Below are positions 30,001 to 40,200 of a stretch of DNA of 64,000 nt, in pieces; positions within the stretch are counted from its first letter, which is position 1, and each line of letters begins with the position of its first letter. Origin of the DNA: Botryllus schlosseri (Eukaryota); contig CM119374.1 in the NCBI GenBank assembly GCA_051294905.1, forward strand, positions 25,854,001 to 25,918,000, written 5' to 3'. The notes under the pieces are model-generated. The model was not told the DNA's origin and made no database searches. It saw only the letters and a list, made by a program, of their open reading frames with translations. The position numbers and the translations under genes are program-made.

Positions 30001-32496
30001 TTGTCTCGCATGCTCATATAACGATCAACCCCCAATCTTAAAGAAGATCTGTGAGTACTTTACAATACCTCCCCGGCTTGGTTTTCCACTATGTATTCGA
30101 TTTCGTGGTAGTATTCCTCGGCAGTGTCGGAACACTCTTTGATCCAATGCTCGGCGAGGTAACGCGCCCTCTCCGTGGCGCATCTCGTCATCTCCTTCAA
30201 GAAATCTTCCATTGTAAGCGGCATAATTCGGTATATTCTTCTGAGGTCGATCAAACGGAACGAACGGTACCTGAAGACATCACCGATTCATGCCGAAGCG
30301 TACATGAACAACTATAGATAATTCTAATGTTACTAATTAGAAAGAGATGCCGGTAATCCAATTCTAATATAATTTGTGAAATGTTTCTATCTCTGCCAAG
30401 CTTGGTGTTGAGACATTTGCTATTCTCGTGATTATGAGAATGAGCCTCCGATATGATATGAGCCGAACTTGACTTTTGTTTTACTTTATAATTCGGAATT
30501 TAATACAATTTCCAAATTGAGTGCAAATTCAATAATTATAATCGAATTTGGAAAGCTGAAAATTTTCTAGTTGCCGTCTCTGTTCCCAGTCCAGATATCT
30601 CCAATCGGATCATTACTAATATTCCTTATATTACACAAACTACAAGACCTGGTGATTATCACTGGGCCACAAAGGAAAGTCGGTTAGGGTAACATTCCAC
30701 TGATCTGAGCCTCCATAAGGAGCATGTTCGGAGTGAATATGGAGTCAAGTATAAAATGCTACCGCGTAAAACGAAATACTCGGCTGCACCTGGCAGATAG
30801 TATGGAATCTGGAGTTTCGGAATGGAATATTTTATACCTTCGAGATACATGGCATGATTTGACAACTCGAGTTATCCACATTGTAACCGCGGTAATGATC
30901 ATTATTAAATTTGATTGGATTTATTACATACTTGTTAATACATATATGTAAACACGTTGCTGCGCAATAGTTTCGCTTTTCCCGGTGGGAATTCTTCACA
31001 TTTGAATATGTACATTACATGGTAAACGAAGATCGTGTATTTTACCGATTTCCACCACAGCGTAGGTTGCATATCAGGTAAACCGCTCTTTCTGGTATAA
31101 GATTTAGCCTACGTATCCATTCGAATGGGTGAGAACGAGTCCAATACACCAATTGTTATGTATATATATGCCAGGGATATTCCATCCATATATGCACAAT
31201 TGTACATTGTATGGGTGTATGCATATTTGCACAATGTACAATGTACAGAATATCAGTAAGTCACAGGTTATATACTGGATACTAATCTTTGGTGTAATCT
31301 TTGGTACAATGTACAACATGCATCCGTAGAATATATGAATTTACATGATATATACTGTATCCTAACCTTTGGTGCCAGGCGTTCAGAATAGATGCGCAAA
31401 CCGGATGGTTCACGTGCAGCGTCATGGCCATATTTCTCCTAGCATGATTCAGCGATTCGTGCCACGGGTACCTCCACCGGCCAGCAGATTGAGATACCTG
31501 AAACACGCCAAATAAATATCATCGATATTAAATAAAGCAGCTTAAATGCATCTATACCTTGGAAGGCAGCAATATGCCAAGACGTTCTTGCTCTTTGCGA
31601 TCGAGGAGGATGTAATCCAGTATTGCCTTCTTTTGACTTTCCACAAATATTGATTCCAATTCCTGCAAGCAAAGTCTTTTTGGTATTTAAAAGCATTAGG
31701 ATATTTGCCACCGTCAATTCGACTTATCGATAACTTGTTGAGCGTGTGTGACACAGGTTTGAATCAATAGATGTGGTCAACGTAGTCAGCATTGGTACTC
31801 AAATAACATGTGAAGTATTACAATAAATTTCTACTCAATATAAAATAGAACAAGCTACTTTTGAATATACCAAAACTCATTGATGTAGAAGAGAGCGGTT
31901 TCAAAAGTAATTAGGTGTATAGATTCTAAAAGTAGCTTCGGTTACAGGGTCGGATGATTGAAGTAGTCAATCGGATGTGGCTATTTTCCAACGATTTTCA
32001 TTTGCAGTGCAGTGAATACAGCACATACTGACCTGCTGTGTATCGGATGCTATTTCAGACCAATTTTGCACCAGATCGAACGAAAGATACCCGTATATAT
32101 TTTCCAGCCAGTCAGAGGAAAGAGGCGCTATCATCTTCGCGTCGATTGAATTTTTCATGTACTTATAAAACCTGAAACGTGATGTCAATGAGAAGGTTGC
32201 AGTATAAAGCTCAAGGTAATGCATAACGTTCGAAGCCTGCGCACTGTATCGTGGCTTTGGAGATGCGATTTACTTACACACTAACAAGGCATTCAATTTC
32301 ATCGCATGATACGACTATAGCTAGTATGATTTACATTGTATTCCCTTCTACATAGCTTGAGCGAAAAGTGAGAGCATCTTCTTACTTTGGCAGATCTGTT
32401 TCTACAGGGGTGCTGGGTCGCGATAGTCCGTGAGTTGAGAAAGTGTAAGGCGGGAACTCAATGTCCAGAGCAGCTTGTGTGGCTTCATCATGATCC
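1..32496 (-). CDS. DNAH3: Axonemal inner-arm dynein heavy chain (DNAH3/7/12 family, DNAH3-like): core exons for tail, linker and AAA1-AAA3; the gene continues beyond position 1
   Basis: 42 GT-AG exons joined in consistent phase (6478 nt = 1 nt + 2159 codons): 32386-32496, 32033-32171, 31558-31662, 31367-31497, 30069-30270, 28663-28784, 28242-28323, 28091-28183, 26362-26522, 24928-25135, 24298-24431, 23868-24068, 22523-22718, 21938-22132, 20943-21131, 20230-20358, 18977-19177, 18291-18416, 17633-17805, 16761-16989, 15768-15920, 14363-14504, 13735-13933, 12454-12682, 12045-12186, 11215-11445, 9739-9950, 9403-9570, 8940-9027, 8752-8882, 8589-8689, 8284-8416, 8096-8211, 7279-7384, 7116-7210, 4159-4363, 2290-2528, 2029-2182, 1102-1283, 701-848, 491-640, 1-27. 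Dynein motifs: [108 protein letters not shown] and [15 protein letters not shown] match recalled DNAH3 better than DNAH7 or DNAH12. Family is near certain; exact orthologue is less certain. Confidence 0.95.
2290..2528 (-). CDS. DNAH3: Dynein AAA3 P-loop exon
   Basis: Translates to [52 protein letters not shown]...SKLDK. Confidence 0.96.
4463..5632. mobile_element. Non-autonomous hAT element, 1170 bp, in a dynein intron
   Basis: TIRs CAGTGGTTCCCAAC and GTTGGGAACCACTG; perfect 8-bp TSD GTCTGGAT; arrays of ATCGCCCCC subterminal repeats at both ends. Confidence 0.92.
7689..8132. repeat. Tandem duplication (7689-7903 / 7910-8132) including the 3' end of a dynein exon and its splice donor
   Basis: Direct alignment of the two units; the terminal 59 nt differ at 2 positions. 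Confidence 0.9.
9403..9570 (-). CDS. DNAH3: Dynein AAA2 P-loop exon
   Basis: Translates to [39 protein letters not shown], with canonical splice sites. Confidence 0.96.
10046..10649 (+). mobile_element. hAT MITE (GACTCGAGTC-repeat family), 604 bp
   Basis: Ends CCGGGTTGTAA and TTACAACCCAG; perfect 8-bp TSD TATATGAG; many GACTCGA(C/G) subterminal repeats. Confidence 0.9.
10663..11157 (+). mobile_element. AGTAGAAG(TA) MITE family, representative copy
   Basis: Shared blocks GAGTAGAAGTA, ATTTCCAAGACA..AAAACTACTTCA and CTACTTGAGTA..CCGAAAAAGTAG. Other copies at about 12780-13300, 17085-17340 (reverse), 20425-20923, 22960-23660, 26694-26776, 29200-29325, 31790-31950, 47295-47360, 51760-51870 and 63400-63500. 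Boundaries approximate. Confidence 0.7.
12454..12682 (-). CDS. DNAH3: Dynein AAA1 exon containing Walker A and Walker B
   Basis: Translates to [77 protein letters not shown] with CAG acceptor and GTAAAA donor. Confidence 0.97.
14689..15162 (+). mobile_element. hAT MITE (GACTCGAGTC-repeat family), second copy, 474 bp
   Basis: Ends CAGGGTTGTAA and TTACAACACTG; internal sequence collinear with 10046-10649; decayed TSD CCGTACAT/CTGTATAT. Confidence 0.85.
15200..15385 (-). mobile_element. Probable SINE family copy
   Basis: Body GGAGGTT.ATCT(A/G)GGCTCCTC...AAAAAGCCTAGA...GTCGA.AAACACCA.GAATACCAC with an A/AAC-rich tail. Shared with ~37900-38030 (+), ~45470-45635 (-), ~47930-48100 (+) and ~59460-59580 (+). 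Confidence 0.6.
20425..20923 (+). mobile_element. AGTAGAAG(TA) MITE family copy
   Basis: Collinear with 12780-13300 (TTGGT.GAGGG, AAAATGCAGGGT, AAAT.ACCAATGAC); ends GTAACTGACCACTG about 20 nt from the exon edge at 20943. Confidence 0.7.
23393..23535. repeat. Palindromic (hairpin) MITE-like repeat
   Basis: CCCGAATATTTTCGGCTGAC(G/A)CTCGTC pairs with GACGAGTGTCAGCCGAAAATATTCGGG, and the stem extends inward. Single arms recur at ~24232-24290 and ~40025-40105. Confidence 0.75.
26777..27749. mobile_element. pogo/Tc1-like MITE, ~970 bp
   Basis: ~28-bp TIRs AGTAGGGGAGATGTGGTACCG(A/G)TGGATCA, with internal GGGGACC-type repeats. It follows directly after the start of an AGTAGAAG-family MITE. TSD not clean. 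Confidence 0.7.
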
Positions 32497-33301
32497 CTGT
32501 AACGATAATATTGAACTGGAATCGTCGGAGTACAAATTGACTGTAAGAACCGAAAATGACTTCTTTTACTATCCACTATAAGGCTTTATATCTGAGCAGT
32601 AACATCAGTATTGCAGTTATGAGTTGCTTGCCCCAGTTCGAAATTGATTTCGGTTAAATTGCAAACTTAATCAATGCGTCTCGACTGTCTACAGTTGAAA
32701 CAACATAAAGAACTTTTTACTCCCGGCTCACATGCTACATACTTTACTTTATTTGGTGTTGCTCCTAAGCCCAGCGCTGCTCGAATCAATATCATGATAG
32801 CGTACATACGAGAGAAAATACTCTAAACATGATATGCATAAATCCTCCAAGATTTGACCTGATGACGCAGGTAATACGTCATCTGGTTAACTACGTTTAA
32901 ATTATTTATATCATCCTCTCTTGACAGTCTGGATATAAACAGAGTATCGCAGTCTACTTATTGCAAAGATTCTACAAAGCCAACGTGGTCTATGTACGAT
33001 ATTATCTAGGCTACACTTTTAAAAACTCCACATGTAAATTGTTCGGGATTTTACAATGCAATACGGCAAATAATGAACAAAAACACATTTATATTGTTAT
33101 CCTACAATATACAAACTTTACTGAACATAACAAAGGCAATGCTTTCATGGTGTTTGCAAAACGGTTACATTTTAAAATCCGAATCCAAATATATTCGTCA
33201 CACAATATCAAGCATATGATAATACCGTTTTGCTAAACTGATACATTGCATATTTATTACACAGAGTACGTGAAAATGCATATACGAATTATGCGTACAA
33301 G

Positions 33302-33817
33302 TAGGTCTGGGCCAAATCGAGTACCTGAGTGATTCGATTTTGAATCACGTATTACGCTTCGAGTCGAGTCGAGTCTTCGAGTATCATGCATTATGACGAC
33401 GGAACAAAATGGACTATGTCAAAGTTCTGATATGTACTTTTAATGCCATCACAAAGAACATAATGCCTGTTATCCGTCGCCTTGAAGATACATTGATGTT
33501 TTTTCGACTATACCGATTTCATTGCACTTCTTGACAGTGTTGTGGGATGATCATGACTTCGGAAATGGTGCTATTTCCGGTAACGTTCGTAGCTTTGTGT
33601 TATGTTTCGTATGCTGCGACACGCACAATCAAGGTTTCAAGGCTTACTCAGTGGAAAATAGTATCAAAACTTTAATTCTCGTCAGTAAATCAACTTTCGG
33701 TTGCGAGGAGCGTATAATTTCAGTGCTCAAAAAAATCAACTTTTACTACTCGACTCGAAATATTAAAATTAATTCTGGATTCAGATTCGAGTACTCGAAT
33801 CATTGTGCCCAGCCCTA
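33302..33817. mobile_element. hAT MITE (GATTCGAGTACTC family), 516 bp
   Basis: Ends TAGGTCTGGGC and GCCCAGCCCTA; TSD CGTACAAG/CATACAAG (7/8). Related fragments at ~1360-1430 and ~54462-54520. Confidence 0.8.
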
Positions 33818-34247
33818 CATACAAGTCGTCCTGTAGTATCAAAATATTATTTGCACCATCTATAATTCAGATTCCAAGTGAAAATGCAAGAATATCAAGA
33901 TATTCCTGATATTGTAATGGAAGCATTCCACTTGTTGAAAAAAATTCACTGGAAAGGGAAAAACATTTTCAGCCAATTAGAAATCATCATGGTTCAATCA
34001 CGCTATCATAATCAAGACATCCATACGCCGTCGTTCAATTTCGGGAGTCAGTTAGTACAGCACTTACACGTCTGAGTATATAGAAAGTAATCCATCCTCC
34101 TCTTAAAATGGATGCCTGGTACAGTATTGGTCCCTAATCAGACGGATGCGGACTTGAATTTTTGAATAAACCTGTTATATTCTAACAGGACATCTTCACT
34201 GATATAAATTAGCAAGATGTATACTAGTGGGCAATGTCAGCCTGTAC

Positions 34248-37200
34248 CTGCCATCCTCATCTTCAATCCCAGAGCTGTGTTCGTCGGTGCTGCTTGCCGA
34301 AGACGATTCCCCGTCCTGGTGAATTTGAATGCTTGTCGAGGAATTGAATTGCGACGAAACTCCGCTTGTAGTGTTTGTAGTGCCACGATCCAGGAGTCTG
34401 TCGAAGGCTGGGAAGACCAATGAACGGGGGTTGGAACTTGTGCGTAACATGGATCGGGAGCCGGATTGAATCTTTGTCATATTTTGAATATGACCAGGAT
34501 GGACCAGGGTGGAGTCGGGAGTCGCCGTTACGGTAGTACGGCCAGAGTCGCATCGAAGTCGGGGAGGGATTTTGGTTAGCATCGGAAAAGCGTGCTAAAT
34601 CGCCTCATGGAATTAATGAATTATGAACAACTTTTATGCAGATAAAGACAAATTGAAGATTGAATTCGTTCCAACAATAAAACACCATCAAATACCTTAG
34701 ATCTACCATATTTTCGAGCAGTGTTTTGGGNNNNNNNNNNNNNNNNNNNNNNNNNNNNNNNNNNNNNNNNNNNNNNNNNNNNNNNNNNNNNNNNNNNNNN
34801 NNNNNNNNNNNNNNNNNNNNNNNNNNNNNNNNNNNNNNNNNNNNNNNNNNNNNNNNNNNNNNNNNNNNNNNNNNNNNNNNNATCGCAAGGGGCAAGAATA
34901 ATAAAATCAGAATTTCTAGAATTTGGTTTGCTATCCCCGATTATCCCAACTGAAACTATTTTAACAGTAACATCTGATCAAACTGATCCAACTGTATCGC
35001 AGGCTCGGTACTTTGAGTACTAAATCAGTGTGCAATTGATCACAATGAATGCTCTATGTTCATCTACTAAAGATACGCTGATCTATGGGAAGCGCTTCTT
35101 AGAGGTACAGAACTCCAACGTACAATTGAATAGTAAATATTCATACTGGAATGAACCCAAATATTTTCGGCTATGTGATGAGGCAACGATGGCTGAGACC
35201 GTGAACTCATCACAAATTATACATATGGTATTGAATTCGAGTTGATCAGCGTTAGATCTGACGAGAAATCGATACATTCACGCGTGAATCACACCAGCCG
35301 AAGATTAAGCGAAGAGCGAATAAACTCAATTAATCGGCGCGCATTCGGGACGCGCACCCGAGAGATTTGAGCGCGCTTTCTAAACAAGGTTTCCGAAATG
35401 TCAAAGCCATCGCGGCTTCTCGGATTCGATTACTCACATTTTTTCTGCGGCGGGCTGGCGTCCTCTGCGCCGCTACGCGACGAGTTGGCGATTTTGCTTT
35501 GAGCGTCCAGGCGCCTTTTTCTCGTCGACAAATGCGCGGGACGCTTGGGACCGCGCGTGTGTTGAGAGAGATCGGTCGGTGAAATGTCGCGCAAATGTAT
35601 GATAGATGACCGGCCTGAAAAATGAAGAGGATATATATATACCGTAACTCTGGAATGAAGGATACTTGAGTAGCAGTGTATATATCAGTGTTTCTCAAAC
35701 CTTTGTCGATCGCGTACGACAACTTTTGTTTTTTTACTGATTGGCGTATATCACATGGCTCCTAAATGACTTGATTGAGTCAAACGAACTGGTATTTATT
35801 AGCGGATGGCGTTATTATATACAATGACACCGATATCCGTAGATTGGATAATGTGATTCTATTTTGCTCATGTCAAGTCTCCATTCAATCAGTAAGGTTT
35901 GCATGCGATTTCCTTAGAGACGAATGCATGGCAAACTTTGTATCTGTTAGTACGAAAATTCCATCCCTGGGCCTACACGCTGGTCGCCAGCCTACCGGAC
36001 GGTATCCTTTTTCTGTCTTTCTTCCCACTGGCGGGTAGGGAGAAGAACTTCTCCTCCAACACCGACATCGCGGAGTTGCATCGTAAAGTCGGCGAGGAGC
36101 GCATCTGCGATTGGACGGCGTTCAGTTGGCTGTAGCTTTTCGCTACGTGATACATGGCTGTGCTCGGCGACTCGCCGCCGTGCGGACGCTGGTGCTTGAT
36201 CATGGTTTCGAATGTCGTCTGCGTGGAAGAGCATCGTACTATAGTTTGACAACGAGAAAGTTTTTAACTTTTTCAAATTAGATTAGAATTAGAATCATAG
36301 CTACCCAGCTTTTTTTTCCAAATTGGATTAGAATTATATGAATTAGAAAAAAATTCAATTAGATTTCGTATTAGAAAGATATTCAACAAAAATAGAGTTC
36401 AGTTAATATCAAATCCGATATCGTCTTTTCCGAATCAAATTAGAATTAGAACTATGGTTACACATTCGAAATCGGACTACAATTAGAATTACAGATACAC
36501 ATTTTTTCAACTTCTGTTAAATGTAGAATTATAGCTACACAGTATGTTCCAAATTAGATTAGAATTAGAATTAGTGAATTCGCGAACACTCGGAAATCGA
36601 ATCATGTTCAGTTCATATCAAATAAAATCAGAGTGCAGTTCCTTCTCAGAAGCATAAGAATGGCAAATGTCTGTACAGCAAGGTAGGTCGTTTCGCACTC
36701 TACAGTTCTCCTGCGGAATTTTCAGAAACACCAGAAATTTGATTATCGAATAAAAAGGAGAGCATTGAAACATTTCACAAATTAGAACAGAGTTGGATTA
36801 TTTGTCGTTATTTCGCTCTAATTATTTTAATTAGACAACCATAATCAACACATCCATTCCGTTTACGCAAAATCGATCATACCGAGTCAGAAGACACGGA
36901 ACTTTCAGCCGCTCGTTCTTCGGTTCGGTCAAAGTCGTAATGCGGCATTTTCTCCGTCCCACCTAAACGATACACAATAAGCTAACACCACAAGCTTCAC
37001 CCTTGACGACATGATTTTGTAAAGACCAAGGGTGGTCAAAACAGTCAGCGTTGCTACTCGAGTACGGAATAATAGGAATCGTATGTCCGAAAATTTTGTG
37101 CACCACGCACAATGAATATTATTACCGATAACGGGAAGCACATATTGCCATGGAAATAGCTTAAGTTTGAGCGCTATTAGTACGGAGGCAGTTTCCCACC

Positions 37201-40200
37201 AATCTTTTGATCTTATTTAATTCCGCCCAGCCCGTACGGCTACGCTCGTGCGTTCACATGACAGAAAGCCGACGCCGCATGTGTTGTTTTTGAAAAATTC
37301 ATATCTTCCCCGACGCGGATGTCGTAACAAAAGGCTTGTATTTGTCACTTGGTAGTTTCCTACTCGTAAGTTACGACTGTAAAAACACTCAAGTTTATTG
37401 AATGTGCTTTACGATAAAACGTACGCCATGACTAATATAGAGAAAGTTTGCCGAACGCGTACCGTTGATATAATAATCCAAACAGACGTTGGTTGATTAG
37501 CATCGTGGTTTAACAAGACTTGGATGGCAAATATTGGATGTATATTTTTCGATATATCTTTGGGGCTCCGCATCACGTCCAGAAACTTTTATGACGCGCC
37601 AAGATTTACAACCTCATAAACCTTTGCTAGTCTAAAACGGTTTGTCACGTGTGATACTAGATTGCCCGACATCTGGTTATGAGCATGTGACTTTATAACC
37701 ACAAAGTTAACTCTAACCACAACCCTAACTGCATAATCAACCCTTACCTAACCCGAACCCTACCGTAATACTAACCCGGCCCTTAATCCAGGATTCTCAA
37801 AATTTTTTGAGCTGCGTATACCCTTTCAAATTACAAGCATGTATGACGCACCCCAAATGAATAATGTAAATCTGAACTCAATGTACGTACATCCGGGTAA
37901 GCGGTGTCTTACAAAAAGCCTACAGGTGGGACGTGCTATAAGTCGGTAGTTACGGAAAATAATGAAGAATACCGGCCTGGTGTAAATGACCATAGTAGTC
38001 GACAAACACCATGAATACCACAAAAACAAACGTACAATTGTCAGTAAAGTCTATTTTGGAGGTTGGGAGCCACAACTAGGCCTAATAAAACCTTAATATC
38101 CACAATAAAACGCTGCATTTGGCAAGCTATAGAAGCTCTTTCTCGCGTGGTACATAAAAGTTAATATAGTTGTGGCAGAAAATCATCACAGTGCCAGAAT
38201 AATAGTTGCTCGCGCACCCCCCGATACTTTTGTTGCGTACCTCAGTTTGAGCACCCCTGCCTCTAATCAAAATCCAATCCTAGCCATGTGTACATGCCAA
38301 AGTGCCGCCTACTGAAGAGTCGCGTATCATCGCGTCGCATGTTGAAGAACAGTAATGCTGTTGCTGTTCATCGCCTAACGTGGAGTGCATACAAACTATG
38401 TTTCCATAAACTTGAGGTAAAATACGATTGTTTCCGCCAACGGACTATAATAATTATATCCTATATCTCAATATAACTCTTTTACCGCTCAACATAATCC
38501 GTACATCTTGCCAAATCACATACATGGCAGTTTTCGTGCAATTTGTGAACTCAGCAAGGGTACATTTCAGGCTTTTAGGGTTCGGAACACGCAATCCCGT
38601 TAGTGGTAGTACAGGGGAACTAAGGAAGACCATACAACCGCTACCTTTGGCTTCCTTTCTCGATACATGCGGCGAACGGTACGATTTCTCTGCTTCGTAC
38701 TTGCTGCGATGGCCCAGCAAATCGTAAGTAGCGGCTGAGCCTTGTGTAGCGGCATGACTTTGTGCGCAGTCGTAGAGTTTTTGACGACGATAAGTCCTCT
38801 CCAACAAGGGGGACTTGACCGATTCCACGTTCCCGCGAAACGACACGGACTTCAAAACGCTGTAACGTAATAGAAAATCACCCACTACTGCACATGATAG
38901 ACTTTGTTGTCCTTCAAGTAATAAGATGTCAGTGATATTGACAGAAAGGAGCTTTTACAAACAATGTTATCTTTTATAGAACAGGCGACACTTGACAAGG
39001 TATAGCTATTAATAAAACACGAGTACTACAAACAAATCTTAATAGCAAGTTAAAGACAGATGTTGATATGATATCGAACCTGTTGTGAATGATAAGTTTA
39101 GTAACTTCGACATTAATCAAATAGGATTTAGGCGTTGATAGAAGTCAAATATGATCGAGGGATTGACCAACTTCAATAATAAGTCAGATAACGAATGTTT
39201 CAATAAAGTTACAACTAAATCTCAGTCCAGTCATTATATTCGAGATACCACTCCAATTCGGTAAATAGGAGGGCACACCTGCAACTATTTGTGGAACATC
39301 CAGGATTGTTGGGGCTTGCCTAAATTGGAAGTATTTGCAAAACCTGTTCTATTTCAAGGAGTGGATACACATTCTGGAATACCGAGGCAATTTCGGCTAC
39401 CGGTTTTGATTTGAGAGCCAAAATGAGCCCTTCATCTACTGAGCTCACTTTGCAAAGTCTCCATTCATTTGCTTGTATATAAACTTGAATATCATAGTGA
39501 TATTTATATTTCTTGATAAATAATGCTAAGCAGGGGCATTTAGAATGGTTCCTTTCGAGCCTGGTTCATTATCTGGCCAAGATACTCGAAAGTATGCACC
39601 TCAATCATCAGTGGCTAGACACGGCATCGGAGAACGGTATCATCAGTATATATTTAATATATATCGGCAATTATCACTAACCTACTACGGCCATTATGAT
39701 ACTGAGATTCAGTGGATGGGTTCGTTGTCTTCCTCGGTATGGGATCTCGCAGCCTCTCTCTATCATAAAACTGTTCTTCCGGCTCTGAAAAAGAGATACT
39801 ATTGCACTACGCTGATGGGAAATGCAGCGCGGAAATAAGTTGTACAGTACATTTCTTGATAAGAGTGAAAAGAATTTTGCAAAATTTCAAACGAATAAAA
39901 CTAGAGTTTAATTGATTCAGCGCAGGGGCAAGCGTCTATCGATTTATGCTTTATTGTGACGTCAACAGTGCCGTCATCTATCCAAATGTTGTTGATACAC
40001 TGTTCTTTACAATTCCCTGAGAAGTGTCAGCCGAAAATATCCTGACTTACATCAATATGAATATACTATTCAATCGTATATTGAAGTTCTGTATCTCCGA
40101 GAAGCTCTACAAATGATTATATTATTTATGTATCGTGGAGCATTTCAATAGACCTTCTTGTTTCACACCTCGATACAAACATAACATACAATACATAGTG

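Noticed and set aside
34263-34553. Alternative frame MRLWPYYRNG...FQPP of exon 34248-34594 as the dynein frame
   Set aside because: It hits a stop before the strong GTACAG donor; the other frame is open across the exon and fits the downstream phase.
34605-35023. ORFs containing runs of X
   Set aside because: Artefacts of translating through the N gap.
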